NCBI GenBank assembly: GCA_963664015.2
Contig: CAXXLF010000002.1
Span: forward strand, 576,001-640,000
DNA: 64,000 nucleotides
Reading direction: 5' to 3'
Origin: Candidatus Binatia bacterium
Lineage (GTDB): Bacteria > Desulfobacterota > Binatia > UBA9968 > CAXXLF01
Shown: one piece after another, positions 50,390-61,689 of the stretch
How positions within the stretch are numbered: the first letter of the stretch is position 1
Layout of the letters: every line of letters starts with the position of its first letter
Made by a program: the position numbers and the translations under genes
The notes under the pieces: generated by a model
What the model saw: the letters and a program-made list of their open reading frames with translations, nothing else
Told to the model about the DNA's origin: nothing
Database searches by the model: none

Positions 50390-51152
50390 CCAACCGTGAA
50401 CCCCCCATTCTGGAAAGCGAGCTCCAAGCTTACGTGGACCGACAGCTGCCGGACGAGCGCAGCGCACAGGTCGAAGCCTACCTAGCCGCCAACCCTGAAG
50501 AGGGCGAGAAGGTGCGGTATTATCGGGATCTCAACGATTCCTTGCACACTCTTTTTGACCCCGTGCTGAATGAGCCCGTACCGCTAAAACTACATCCCGC
50601 ACGCGTAAAGCGAACGAATCTGGTCAAACAGTGCGCGCTTATAGTGTTATCCCTTTCACTTGGAGCTGCTGTGGGATGGAGCGCGCGAGGTTTTTTTATA
50701 AGCCTCTGACGGAAATCAACGGGTATAGCTGGCCCAGGTATGCCGCCATGGCCCACGTAGTTTATAGCCGAGAGAAGCGACATGCCATCGAAGTTATGGC
50801 TAATGAGGAACGGCATCTGGTAAGCTGGCTTTCAAAGCGGCTGGGGTTTGCCCTAAAGGTGCCGAACCTGTCGAGAGAGGGCTACGCGCTGGTCGGGGGC
50901 CGCCTGCTGCCGGGAGATCAGGGGTCTGTGGCACACTTCATGTACGAGGATTAAACTGGGCAGCGGCTCACCCTTTACGTGAGGACTGACATCAAAGGAA
51001 ATCCAACGACTGCTTTTCGGTTCTATGAGCAGGGCCAGGTTCGAGTCTTCTACTGGCTCGACGGTCCGGTCGGTTACGCCCTTTCCGGCAAGGCACAGAG
51101 AGATGACCTTTTACGGGTAGCAACAGTAATTTACCAAGAACAAACTAGCTGA
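50386..51152 (+). pseudogene. Anti-sigma factor (PrtR-like), frameshift in T7 plus in-frame TAA
   Basis: LQAYVD, AHVVY...RH, LVGGRLLP, MYED*TGQRLTLY, FYWLDG..GYALSG. Confidence 0.85.
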
Positions 51153-51353
51153 TTTAAGGGGGGGGGTAAAGACAATGAGTTCCAACAAAGCTTTTCCGGC
51201 AACTCGGGGATTTTCTTGACTGTCGAATTTACGACTAAGTCTATGGCCAGTTTCAGGGAATTGGCCCGGATCTACTTGACAATAGATAGAATTTTACAGT
51301 ATATACACGGGGTCAATCGGGACAACAGGACCCGGATCAATAAGGAGAAAATT

Positions 51354-51827
51354 ATGAAGCTTATAAAATCATTTTTAACTTTAGTAATTGGACTATCTCT
51401 ACTTTCCGTTGCGCCGCCGACTTTCGGTCAGGACGACGTCATCAAGAACCGAAAAAAATTGATGAAGTCCAACGACAAGGCCGAAAAATCCCTCAGGAAG
51501 GCCGTGAAGGAAAAGGAAAAGGACTACGCCGCTATCAAGTCGAGTGCAAAGATAATCCTTGCCAATACGGGTAAGATCGAAGCCCTCTTCCCCAAGGGAA
51601 GCACATCCGATAAATCCAAGGCCACCAAGGCCATATGGGCGGACTTCGATGGATTCAAGGACAATATCGGGTGGTTGAAGACCTCCGCAAATGCGCTCGC
51701 CGCAGCCGCCGTTGCCAAGGATAACGTAATGGTCAACCTGGAATACAAGGCGGTCAAATCCGCTTGCAATCAGTGCCATAGATCCTTCAAAAAAGGCGGC
51801 CGTACGAAAAAGAAAAAGAAGAAATAA
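51354..51827 (+). CDS. Class II cytochrome c (cytochrome c'-like)
   Basis: AAGGAG RBS, signal peptide, R...MK, FPKGS, AIW.DF..F, C-terminal CNQCH. Confidence 0.88.
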   Translation: MKLIKSFLTLVIGLSLLSVAPPTFGQDDVIKNRKKLMKSNDKAEKSLRKAVKEKEKDYAAIKSSAKIILANTGKIEALFPKGSTSDKSKATKAIWADFDGFKDNIGWLKTSANALAAAAVAKDNVMVNLEYKAVKSACNQCHRSFKKGGRTKKKKKK

Positions 51828-52214
51828 CGGCTAAGCAGCCTCAACCGCTGCCTCAATCTTCCGGCATACACGACCTCGGGTTCGGGACCACTCGTACTCC
51901 TTACGATGGGCCCGAACCCACCCAATTTTTATTTCCCCTTTACAGTTTCAAAAGACCACGTATCCTTACATAAACCCAGCCGGTCCGGTTGGCGGTCCAC
52001 CGATGGACGATATAGGTCTCCTCACCTTTCTGACCATGAACCGTTTAGGATTCGCTTCGTACTTATTCGCTAGGAAGTCTCCACTCGACAGCAAAATCAC
52101 CTGAGCCCATTGGCTGCTTGACAAGGCGGCAAGCGAGGCCTATCTAGTTAAAAATAGGCTTATAGGGTCGGAATGCGCATTCGGCTTCCGCGTAACATCT
52201 GAGGTAAATCACTT

Positions 52215-53138
52215 ATGACAAGTAAAATTCCAGTGGTGGATTTCGATGGTATCTGGTCTGACGATCCGTCCAGGCAAAAGGCGACTGCGGCTATGCTACG
52301 CCGGGCCCTGGAATCCTATGGTTTCTTGTACCTCAAGAACCACGGAGTCTCGCAGACTCATCTCGATGAGCTGTTTGAACAGTCACGCGTATTTTTCGCA
52401 CTTCCCCAGTCTGCGAAAGACGCCGTCAAACGAAAAGAAGACGGCACCAGCCGTCATGGGTACGAAGGAATCGGCGGTCAGTCCCTGGATGAACATTTTG
52501 CCGATCTGAAGGAGCTCTTTCATGGAGTTCCCCACGACGCAGATACTCAGCTTTGGCCGAAGGAGTTGCCCCGTTTTCGCGAGGTGGTACTCTCCTTCCA
52601 CCAAGCCGCGTCCGAGGCCGCGTACAAGTTTATAAGCGCCGCGGCCTTGTCATTGGGGCTACGCGAAGACTATTTTGCGTCTACCCACGACCGTGCGGAA
52701 GGTTCGGTTCGAATGCTCCACTATCCACCGGTTCAAGGGCCGGTCCAGCCGGGACAACTCCGTGCCGGTGCCCACACTGACTTTGGCGGTATCACCCTGC
52801 TGTTCAGCGATGACGAAAACGGATTGGAGATCCAGGGGCCCGACGATACCTGGTTACCGGCTCCCGCGCTGTCAGGAGCGGCGGTGATCAATACGGGAGA
52901 CCTGATGGAGCGGTGGACCAACGGTCAGTTTCGCTCCTCCCCGCATCGCGTTGTTGTCCCTGAAGGGCGAGCGACAAAGCGACATCGTTACTCTGTAGCC
53001 TTCTTTTACAGTCCCAACCGGGATGCCGTGATAACCTGCCTACCGCCTTGCCATAGTAAGGAGCACCCACCCAAATACCCGCCGGTCACCGCGGGGGAAC
53101 ATATCCGCGCCCGCGTTCAGGCTACACGTCCTTACTAG
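52215..53138 (+). CDS. 2-oxoglutarate/Fe(II) oxygenase (IPNS family)
   Basis: GFLYL.NHG, LHYP, HTD, HRV, RYS. Confidence 0.92.
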   Translation: MTSKIPVVDFDGIWSDDPSRQKATAAMLRRALESYGFLYLKNHGVSQTHLDELFEQSRVFFALPQSAKDAVKRKEDGTSRHGYEGIGGQSLDEHFADLKELFHGVPHDADTQLWPKELPRFREVVLSFHQAASEAAYKFISAAALSLGLREDYFASTHDRAEGSVRMLHYPPVQGPVQPGQLRAGAHTDFGGITLLFSDDENGLEIQGPDDTWLPAPALSGAAVINTGDLMERWTNGQFRSSPHRVVVPEGRATKRHRYSVAFFYSPNRDAVITCLPPCHSKEHPPKYPPVTAGEHIRARVQATRPY

Positions 53139-53189
53139 ACGATCCCGAGGTTTGGAACCGCTCATCCAGGGCAACGGCCGTCTTGAGAT

Positions 53190-53370
53190 GCCCTACCAGA
53201 CTCTTATGGCCACCGTGGCATCGAGCAAGCCGCCAGAAAAGTAGCCGCTCCGTGCTGGAGCGGGCCGTTGAAGTGACGTTGTTTCGGAGGCTGCAGCCTC
53301 CGAGGAACACGGCCAGAAATAGGGTAAAGCCGATTTGAATGATCTTGCGCGATTGAATATGATAGCAACA
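53190..53370 (-). pseudogene. Lipoprotein N-terminal remnant
   Basis: LAVFLGGC lipobox followed by TARSSTERLL, then truncated. Confidence 0.35.
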
Positions 53371-53427
53371 GCTAACAGGCCGAGAGGACATGCACAAGAA
53401 AATTGATTAAAGAGTAGGAGGCATCCT

Positions 53428-54501
53428 ATGGCTGAGCGTGAGATTGTTCGAACCAAAGCCCGTGAACCGGAGCTCCTCGAGACCGAATACGATCGGGTGG
53501 TGCACGACCGGGAGGTCCGCAACCAGCAGCAAGCTGAAGGAAAGGTCGTTATTCAGGCGAGCAAAATCCCATGGGAGCTCAACCGCCAGGGGCGGGTCAA
53601 GTTCATCATCAACGATCGGATATCCGAGAACCTGGCCGCACCCGGGTGGATGGTGTTTCAGCAGCTCATCCACAATCACTCGGGTATGCACCACCACCAG
53701 GGCGGCACTTTCATCTACGTCATGGAGGGCAAAGGCTACAGCACGGTGAACGGTGTACGCCATGACTGGGAGGCCGGTGACCTAGCCATCTTACCCATGA
53801 TACCCGGCGGCGTAGCCCATCAGCACTTCAATCTCGATTCCGGTGTTCCGGCCCTGTGGATGAGGGTAGGCTACAGCCTTCATAAAAACCCGGTGGTTGC
53901 CAACTGGATCGAACAGATCGAAGTCCATCCCGAATGGGCCGAAAAAAAGGGGATCAAGGATCGAAAAGTGGCCCCCCTAACCAACCACGCACGGACGACC
54001 AACGTCAGCGACTCGGCGCGGGGGAATACCCTATTCGATGCCTTGCTCAATACCCGTGATCAACAACGGGAGCGGATGAGGCACGCCCGGACGATTGTTC
54101 AAGGAAAATCGGTGGCGACGGAAATAAATCCCATGGGGATCTTTCGTTGGTATGTTCATCCTTCCATGAACGACGTCGCATGCCGGGCGCAACTGCTGTA
54201 CACGCAAGAGATCCCTCCCGGAAGTCGCTCCGGGAAGCAACTCCATCAAGGAGGCAGGTTCCACTACGTACTCGAGGGAAAAGGAATGACCATCATTGAC
54301 GGAGTTCGCCACAACTGGGAAAAAGACGACTCTATTCTACTCCCGATCAAATCCCACGGAGTGGAGCACCAGCATATCAACGACGATCCCAACAAACCTG
54401 CCAAGCTCCTGGTATCCGAACCTAACTGGGTCGACGTCTGGGGCGTGGATCTGGGATCGGGATTCGAGATGATCGAAGCCGCACCCGAGTATCGAGGGTA
54501 A
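53428..54501 (+). CDS. Bicupin protein (gentisate dioxygenase-like fold)
   Basis: Two repeats of SG.(H/Q).HQGG...Y..EGKG...V.G.RH.WE..D...P....V.HQH.N. Confidence 0.8.
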   Translation: MAEREIVRTKAREPELLETEYDRVVHDREVRNQQQAEGKVVIQASKIPWELNRQGRVKFIINDRISENLAAPGWMVFQQLIHNHSGMHHHQGGTFIYVMEGKGYSTVNGVRHDWEAGDLAILPMIPGGVAHQHFNLDSGVPALWMRVGYSLHKNPVVANWIEQIEVHPEWAEKKGIKDRKVAPLTNHARTTNVSDSARGNTLFDALLNTRDQQRERMRHARTIVQGKSVATEINPMGIFRWYVHPSMNDVACRAQLLYTQEIPPGSRSGKQLHQGGRFHYVLEGKGMTIIDGVRHNWEKDDSILLPIKSHGVEHQHINDDPNKPAKLLVSEPNWVDVWGVDLGSGFEMIEAAPEYRG

Positions 54502-54541
54502 AGATGATTAGGGGGAATTTCCAAGAACACCGGGAGACAGC

Positions 54542-55339
54542 ATGTTAGATCTCTATCACAACGAAACCTCCGTCTGCGCAGCCAAAGTTCGCTTTGCCCT
54601 GGAGGAAAAAGGATTGGAGTGGACCGGACGGCATGTGGACATATTTGCCGGCGAGCAGCACACACCCGAATACCGAAAGGTCAATCCCCTTGAAGTCATC
54701 CCCACGCTGGTTCGGGACGGCGTCCCAATCATCGAATCGACCATTATCAACGAGTACCTGGACGACGCCTTTCCCCAGGTGCCGTTAAAACCCGCCGATG
54801 CGATCGAACGCGCGCGGATGCGGCTATGGACCAAGCGACTCGACGATTCGGTCCATAACGCAACCGGGATCGTCAGCTATTCCATCGCCTATCGGTTTTT
54901 TCAATTGGTCAAACCCAAGGAAGAGGTCGAGGCACTGCTAGACGGCATCCCCAACCCTGAGCGGCGGGAGCGCAACCGGGACCTGATCGATCGGGGACTG
55001 GACTCGCGTTTTTTCGCCGGCGCGTTGAAACGATTCGAACGTCTTTTGAGCGACATGGAAGCCGCACTGAAAGAGAGCCAATGGCTGGCTGGCAAGGACC
55101 TTTCGCTGGCCGATATCGGCTTCGCGCCATACCTCACCAGGCTAGAACGTTTGCAGCTCAGCCCCATGTGGGACGGCCTCCCTCACCTCGCCGGCTGGTT
55201 CGAGCGCATCAAGGCCCGTCCCGCATGCAAACGGGCCATCGCCGATTTTTACAACCTGGCCCCGAAATCCAAATCATTGCTCGAGGAGAAAGGGGCCGAG
55301 TCATGGCCGCGCATCAAGGTCATGCTTAAGCAAGGTTAA
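54542..55339 (+). CDS. Glutathione S-transferase family protein
   Basis: LYH...SVCAAKVR..LEEKGL, NP...IP, IESTII.EYLD, SLADI. Confidence 0.9.
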   Translation: MLDLYHNETSVCAAKVRFALEEKGLEWTGRHVDIFAGEQHTPEYRKVNPLEVIPTLVRDGVPIIESTIINEYLDDAFPQVPLKPADAIERARMRLWTKRLDDSVHNATGIVSYSIAYRFFQLVKPKEEVEALLDGIPNPERRERNRDLIDRGLDSRFFAGALKRFERLLSDMEAALKESQWLAGKDLSLADIGFAPYLTRLERLQLSPMWDGLPHLAGWFERIKARPACKRAIADFYNLAPKSKSLLEEKGAESWPRIKVMLKQG

Positions 55340-55344
55340 GCCGT

Positions 55345-56091
55345 TCATCTGGAGGGGAGCCTGTGGTTCTTTCCCCAACCTCCAAAGAGCCCGATAAACG
55401 CTCCAAAGCATTTTTGGCTCAGACGCGTGAGCCGATGGATATGGGCCTTCGTATCCCGTCGAATACCCTCGACGGTAACCTTACCGCCCAGGCTTTCTAT
55501 CTCCTCCTTGAAGCTAGCCGTCTTAAGCCAACGCTCGATAAGAGGTTCGTCAACCTCGAGATGGAACTGAAAGCCATACACCTTTTCCCCCACTCGGAAG
55601 GCTTGATTGCTGCACGCGGGAGAGCTCGCCAGATGGACACCACCACGGGGTATCTCAAACGTGTCCCCATGCCACTGGAAGATCTTTTCCGAATCCTTAA
55701 AATGGGTCACCACCGGATCCGCACCGGCGTCATCGGCCCTGGAAACGTCATACCAACCGATCTCTTTTTCCCCATTCTTCCAAACACGGGAGCCCAAGGC
55801 CTTGGCGATCAGCTGTGCTCCTAGGCAAATACCCAAGACGGGGAAATCTCTCTGAATAGCTTCCTCAATCACGCGAAGTTCGGTAGTCAAGTGGGGGTGC
55901 TTGCGCGTTTCGCTAACGCTCATGGGCCCACCGAGGACGACCAGCCCGTCATAGCCTTCCAGTGAAGGCTCGGCATCCGGGTGGCGGCCGAAGTTCACAT
56001 AGCGAATACGAAACCCGGAACGCTTGAAGAGCGGATTGAGCGTTCCGAGAATCTCAAAAGGAACATGCTGGAAGACTAGCAGTCTGGGCAT
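55345..56091 (-). CDS. Class I glutamine amidotransferase-like protein
   Basis: GGPMS, GICLGAQ, QWHGD, QFHLE. Confidence 0.9.
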   Translation of the reverse strand: MPRLLVFQHVPFEILGTLNPLFKRSGFRIRYVNFGRHPDAEPSLEGYDGLVVLGGPMSVSETRKHPHLTTELRVIEEAIQRDFPVLGICLGAQLIAKALGSRVWKNGEKEIGWYDVSRADDAGADPVVTHFKDSEKIFQWHGDTFEIPRGGVHLASSPACSNQAFRVGEKVYGFQFHLEVDEPLIERWLKTASFKEEIESLGGKVTVEGIRRDTKAHIHRLTRLSQKCFGAFIGLFGGWGKNHRLPSR

Positions 56092-56198
56092 ACGATTGAA
56101 TTATACAATCTTAAATGGTCCGGGGGAACACCCCGAGCCTGAGGGCCTGTTATCTAAAACAACTCACCTTTGCCGATTCCTTTACCCCCCCCCTCCCC

Positions 56199-56624
56199 TC
56201 ACACGACACTCCACAAACGAGCCAGCACGAATAGACCGATCATAGAAACGACCACGGCTAACTTGGCTGCAGCGCCGATAGCAACGCCCAGGGTGCCCCC
56301 CAGTCCGGCGCGTCCCGCCGCGCGCAGGCTGCGCCATGCGGTAAGTTCGCCTATCACCGCGCCGATAATGGCCCGCTTAGAGGCGCCGAATCGGCCTGCA
56401 CCCAATGCAGTCGCGGCGAATTCAAGGAGGTAGGTTAACAACGCCATCGATCCAAGGACCGTTAACATCCACCAACCGACAAACAGGAAATCTTCTGCCC
56501 AGGCCGCCGCGAAAAGACCAGCAAACAACATGAGCGCACCCGGCAAGCCTGGAATCACCAGCCCCGCAAGGCCAGCCAAGGAAAACAGGAGAGCCAACAC
56601 CTACAAAGCGATGCTTGAGATCAT
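56199..56624 (-). pseudogene. DUF456 membrane protein with in-frame TAG and an apparent internal deletion
   Basis: ATG 56624 MISSIAL*VLALLF; P.LPG, GA.RFGAS; central segment shortened. Confidence 0.65.
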
Positions 56625-56830
56625 AATTTAATTACACGCTACTAGTAATTAGCGACTGATTTAGTCGTAAATACTGATAATGGCAACTTGGGACATGAAG
56701 AGAACAGGTTGTATTTCAGTGGTTTATAGCTCAAAAGGTAGATTCTTTCGATATTTCCAGTACCTGATTCAGCCTCCTGGATCTCTTGCCACCGCATACC
56801 AAATTGCTATAACCGCCAACGGAGGCAACT

Positions 56831-57730
56831 ATGGAATATACCGCGCTTTTCACGAGGGCCTCAGTTGGATTTATCGTATTTCTATTGGCAACTTATTGGG
56901 TAAAACCAATTTATGCTGAGTATACTATCGTTATCAATAACAACGGACGCATCACAGTTGAAAAATATTGGGAAGAGCATGGGACGGTAAGATTTTGAGC
57001 ACTGGGTGGCGTGATTGGATTGGACAGGTAGAATATCGAAACCATCGTACCCGCAGCTCAATCGGAATCTCATGGTATCGTTATCGCTACTATCAAAAAC
57101 ACCGAAAACGTGGCGGCTGTGAAGATGGAGGCCTTTAATACGCCTGCCACACCTGTCGTCAGCCTCGCAGAAAATGACCTAGGCAGCTCGAAGGCCAAGG
57201 AAGAGCAGGAATTCCAGAAGCTCTACACAGAGAACCAGAATCAAATCAAAGCGCGGACTGAAGTCTATTGGGACATTACAAGAGGGACGAGCAGCCAGGA
57301 TCCCACGCTATTGAATTATCTTCGGGCAATAAACGGAAGGATCGAGGACATTCAATCCAGGCTCAAGGATTCTCAGCGCGCCCCCTCAAACTCCAGGGGA
57401 ACCGGAATCGTGAATCTGGAGGTAAATTCCCCATTTGCCGGCAGACGTACGACGATCGGCCTGCGCCATGGAGGGACCGTCCTGCCTGGACGGGTGAATG
57501 CCCGACCTTTTGATATCGCTCGTCATGGAAAAACCGATTTTCCCAACGAGGTCCGGCATCCCAAACGTGGTTTTGACACACAGCTTCCCGACTATACCTA
57601 CACCGAGAAAGAACTCAGTACTATGAGAAGCCAGCTCAATCTGTTGTATGAGGAAAGGGAAAGGCTGGTACAGGGAATGCGGGAGAAAGAGGTCTTTGCG
57701 GGATCCGTTCCATTTGAGGCTTATCCCTAG
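56831..57730 (+). pseudogene. Secreted hypothetical protein with two in-frame stops
   Basis: GGAGG RBS, ATG 56831 and signal peptide, in frame with ORF 57110..57730; TGA at 56996 and TAG at 57029. Confidence 0.65.
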
Positions 57731-57790
57731 GCAAGCTACCGTCCCGACGGTGATTCATAGGAATCACGGGCACACTGCACACTTATCTCG

Positions 57791-58567
57791 TCATCTGTCT
57801 AGTGGAACTCTCTTCTTGGTCCACCGAACCTTCGTCTGGACGTTTCGATCATCTATAGACGGGATCCCGACGATCAAGCTGCGGTATTCGGCAATCACTC
57901 CTCCCGGTAGATCCTTCTGGCTAACCGACACCTTTCCCTGCCCGATCTTCATCCCACCGACCCGATGGATCTGATACTGAATCAGCACATTTTTCGCAGT
58001 AGCCCGCCCACGATTAAAAACAGCGCCCGACAGCACATAATGAGCCACTCTCACAGGGTCTGGAATTAGCCGCCTTGAAACGACGACCACGTCAGCATCG
58101 CCGGTTAACGGTTCTAGGGCATATGAACCACACAACGGCTTTCCTTCACGTAATCGATGGAGTCCGCTTTGGGAACCGTTGTCGACTCCGTCTTATTGCG
58201 GCCGATGATCAGGTTTCTAAACTGTTCGCAGGCTTCAAGATCGCTAAAACATCTATGATCTTTTTATCCGACAGTACAAACAACCACCGGGTGGCAAACG
58301 GGACCTGGCAATCGGCGAGGTTGGATCCGAGACTGCATCATTTCCTTTTTGTGTTTTTTCTAGGGCAGCTTCGGAACTTGGCTCCGAGCTGGTTTTGAGA
58401 CCCTTCACCTCTTCCACCTTGACTTCAGAAGTCGGTAAATTGGGAAAATGCAGCTGCCCCTTCTTGTCGGTCCATTTATTGATCTTCTGGGCCGAAACAG
58501 AGGTAACCAACAAGAAGACCAAAGCCCCAAGCATGATACTACAGGTGACCATGCTGAACTTAAACAT
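57791..58567 (-). pseudogene. DUF4124-domain secreted protein, fragmented
   Basis: Signal peptide then KWTDKKGQLHF; the beta-rich C-terminal part (SGAVFNRG...A.NV) is a separate ORF. Confidence 0.55.
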
Positions 58568-58653
58568 TTTTAATTATATTTCGTAATGCACCTTGGGGTC
58601 CAGAACTATTTGCCGGCTTGTCCAGCGGGAAAGGGAAAGACAGGATTAAAGAA

Positions 58654-59406
58654 TCAAACCCGTAGGGATTGATTCATCACCGATTCCATGAGCTCAATAG
58701 GAAGAGGGACGACGATGGTCTCATTATTTTCTCTGGCGATCTGTGAAAGAGCCTGCAGGAACCGGAAATGAAGCGCCATCGGTTGATTTGCCATGACTCC
58801 TGCAGCTTCGTTAAGTTTCTGAGCAGCCTCGAATTCACCTTGCGCGTGAATGACTTTAGCGCGTCTTTCTCTTTCCGCCACCGCCTGTTTCGCCATAGCC
58901 CGCTGCATTTCTTGCGGTAGATCTATGTCTTTGATTGCAACCTGTCCCACCTTGATTCCCCATGGGTCGGTCTGAACATCGACGATCTCCTGGATTTGAG
59001 CGTTGAGTTTCTCCCTCTGGCTCAAGATCTCGTCCAGTTCCGCCTGCCCGCAAACGCTGCGCAGAGTGGTCTGGGCCAATTGGGAGGCCCCGAAGAGGAA
59101 ATCCTCAACTTGGGTTAACGCCCGGTTGGGATCGAAGATACGGAGAAAGACGACAGCCGCCACCTTGACAGATACATTGTCCCGCGTAATGACATCTTGG
59201 GCTGGGACATTCAAGGTCACAGTTCGAAGATCGGTCCGGACCATCTTCTCAACGAAGGGTATAACAAAACTCAACCCGGGGCCTCGAAAGGAAACCAGTC
59301 GCCCCAAGCGGAATATAACCCCCCTCTCGTACTCTTTAAATATTTTGACCCCGCTCACGCCTATAATCAGAACGATAACTAGGATGCTAATAGCCTGAAA
59401 AGACAA
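58654..59406 (-). CDS. Second SPFH/stomatin-like protein, no nfeD partner
   Basis: [31 protein letters not shown]. Confidence 0.9.
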   Translation of the reverse strand: MSFQAISILVIVLIIGVSGVKIFKEYERGVIFRLGRLVSFRGPGLSFVIPFVEKMVRTDLRTVTLNVPAQDVITRDNVSVKVAAVVFLRIFDPNRALTQVEDFLFGASQLAQTTLRSVCGQAELDEILSQREKLNAQIQEIVDVQTDPWGIKVGQVAIKDIDLPQEMQRAMAKQAVAERERRAKVIHAQGEFEAAQKLNEAAGVMANQPMALHFRFLQALSQIARENNETIVVPLPIELMESVMNQSLRV

Positions 59407-59701
59407 GAGATTCGTCTCCTTCTATCAATAAGCCAAAAAAGACTCGTTTACGTGAATCAAATGACCTGGGAGCAGAGGCATCCGCCAAGTCTTTGTAAAC
59501 CCCTAATTTCCAGTAGAATTAATTTCTTTTTACCATTAAATCCTTATTGCACGCAAATTGCAAACTAATCCTGAGTGCGGTTCCCATTGTGACTGGAACC
59601 AGGAATTCCAGAAAATCGCCCTGCACCCGCCAGAGAGTCGCTGGAGCCCCAAATGGGCTGTCACTGCATTAGCCGGTCAATCGTACAAATGGGGGGGGGG
59701 G

Positions 59702-59730
59702 TTGACACCGTCATGGTGACAAGATATAGT
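59702..59730 (+). promoter_or_regulatory. Sigma70 promoter for the RRM gene, preceded by G11
   Basis: TTGACA-N17-TATAGT. Confidence 0.75.
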
Positions 59731-59931
59731 CACTTACCTACTTCAGTTTGAGGCCTTCTGAAAGAGGACAAAAATATGCGAAGGCCTGGACAGTCTCCCC
59801 TTGCGAAGCTATTCCTTCAGAACCAACCGACCAGAGCGTGACTCATCACTTATACGTCTGCATGTTCTTCTTCTACGTGGGGTAAGATTCTCAGGGTCAA
59901 AGACATTAACAATCTCTCTATGGAGGAGAAT

Positions 59932-60267
59932 ATGAGTAATAATAAATTATATGTTGGTGGATTGCCTTATGCGGTCACCGACGGGCAATTGCAGGAACTA
60001 TTTGCGGAGCACGGAACCGTTGAGTCCGCCAGGGTCATTGCAGATAAATTCACAGGTCAGTCACGGGGCTTCGGGTTTGTGGAGATGGGCACCGGGGACG
60101 AGGCCCAAAAAGCCATTCAGGCGCTGAACAGCACAACTCTTGAGGGGCGCACGTTGGTAGTCAACGAGGCCAAGCCCATGACGAGCCGTGATGGTGGTGG
60201 TGGTGGTGGTGGTGGTGGTCGCGGAGGCAGAGACGGTGGCGGCGGCAATGGCCGAAACCGTTGGTAG
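59932..60267 (+). CDS. RRM RNA-binding protein with Gly-rich tail
   Basis: LYVGGL (RNP2), RGFGFVEM (RNP1); GGAGGAG RBS; (GGT)9. Confidence 0.95.
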   Translation: MSNNKLYVGGLPYAVTDGQLQELFAEHGTVESARVIADKFTGQSRGFGFVEMGTGDEAQKAIQALNSTTLEGRTLVVNEAKPMTSRDGGGGGGGGGRGGRDGGGGNGRNRW

Positions 60268-60288
60268 TCATATCAATCTAAAGTAAGC

Positions 60289-60325
60289 AAAAAGGGAGCA
60301 CCGGGTCGGGTTGCTCCCTTTTTTT
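60289..60325. terminator. Rho-independent terminator, likely bidirectional
   Basis: AAAAAGGGAGCA...TGCTCCCTTTTTTT. Confidence 0.85.
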
Positions 60326-60348
60326 GTGTCCGGATGCCCGATCATGGG

Positions 60349-61509
60349 TTACATTTTTTTCGCCTTGAAATATTTTCTCGTAAACTTAAGGATAGGGGTT
60401 ATATCCATGTGATTGGCTTTGTCCGTCTCAATAGCCCGGATTCCCTTTACACGCCGGTTGTAAGACTTCACATCCTCCTTTGGTTTATCAATCCGTCTCG
60501 AGTCACTCCCGCGAATATTCTGATAGACCTCCTGGCCCTCTCGGGAGAGAAGCCAATTAACGGCAACACGGGCGGCATTGGGATGAGGGGCATTGCGAAA
60601 AAGCATGAGATTTCCTGAACCTGCACTTAGAATCGCTCCTTCCTTCTAAAGCTTTAGGCCCGAGCTAATCCACTGGAGACCCTTGCTTTTTGCGACGTGA
60701 AAGCCCGTCCTCTTTATGCCCGCAAAAAGGGACAGGGGAAACTTCCCTCTTGCCAGCCAGTCCGCTATCTGTCTGGTTTTACGGCTAGCAGTGATATCCA
60801 TTTCAGTGAAAAGTCTTTTTAAATACTTAGGGCCGAGATCGGGATGATTATACATAAAACGTAAGGGAGAAGAGACCGGGCCGCCCCAGGTTGGGTCCAA
60901 CGTAATTATCTTGCCCTTCCATTTGGGGTTCAGGAAGTCCCAGTACGACTTGATCTCACTGGGATTGACGAGGTTAGTGTTGTAGGCGTAATAGGCGTAG
61001 AGATCTCCGTTAAAGCTGAAAACATACTCGCCCTTTTCATCTATATACTTGTGGCTTCCGCCGAACCATTTAGACTGATCTTTCACTTCAGGCAGGGTCA
61101 GGGTCGGCTTGACCGGCGAGAAGGCCCCCCCCCCTCTATACAAGACCATATATGCCGTCGTGGCGCCCAGGATATACAGATTACCTATAAATTTGCCTGA
61201 CCTCTGTTCCATCATGATGCGGGAAGAGAGCCCGCTGGGGCCGGTAACGGAAACGACCTTGATTTTCGGGTATTTCTTTTGAAAGACCGCAAAGATCCGA
61301 TCCGTGTCACTGCCATGGTAGATAACGAGGCGTCCCTCCTTATTGGCGGCCGCGACGGTTTTCTCCCAGTCAGCCTGCCAATCAGTTTTGGGTTGGGCAT
61401 GAGCGACAGAGGTTAGGGTAAGACACAAGATCAAAAGATCGGATGTCAACCACTTAAGACTCCGCCACCCATAACCGAGAGACTTCCTGACGAGAAAGGA
61501 CTTTTCCAT
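60349..61509 (-). pseudogene. ABC extracellular solute-binding protein (Fe3+/thiamine-like cluster), disrupted near 60620-60680
   Basis: W...VAAA.KEG, YNT.LV, D.L.PKWKGKI, APHPNAA...NW.LSREGQ; frameshifts and TAG around GLPVD. Confidence 0.8.
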
Positions 61510-61689
61510 CGTTGATTTCCTCCTCCCTGAAATTGAGCTATGCTACTAGTGGCAAATTAGGAGGAGACCGTCCCGATGTCAGGCCACGTTAACGTCGGCG
61601 CCGGGTGGCTTTCCTGCGGGCCAAGTCTCGGGGACATTTGAGAAGGAAAAACGCTATATGTTTCAGGGAGCGATAAGACGGATGGGCTG

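Noticed and set aside
56996-57031. In-frame TGA and TAG as evidence of genetic-code reassignment
   Set aside because: All three stops end intact core genes normally, and in-frame TAA occurs in other broken genes; decay explains it better.
60193-60219. (GGT)9 microsatellite
   Set aside because: It encodes the ordinary Gly-rich RRM tail.
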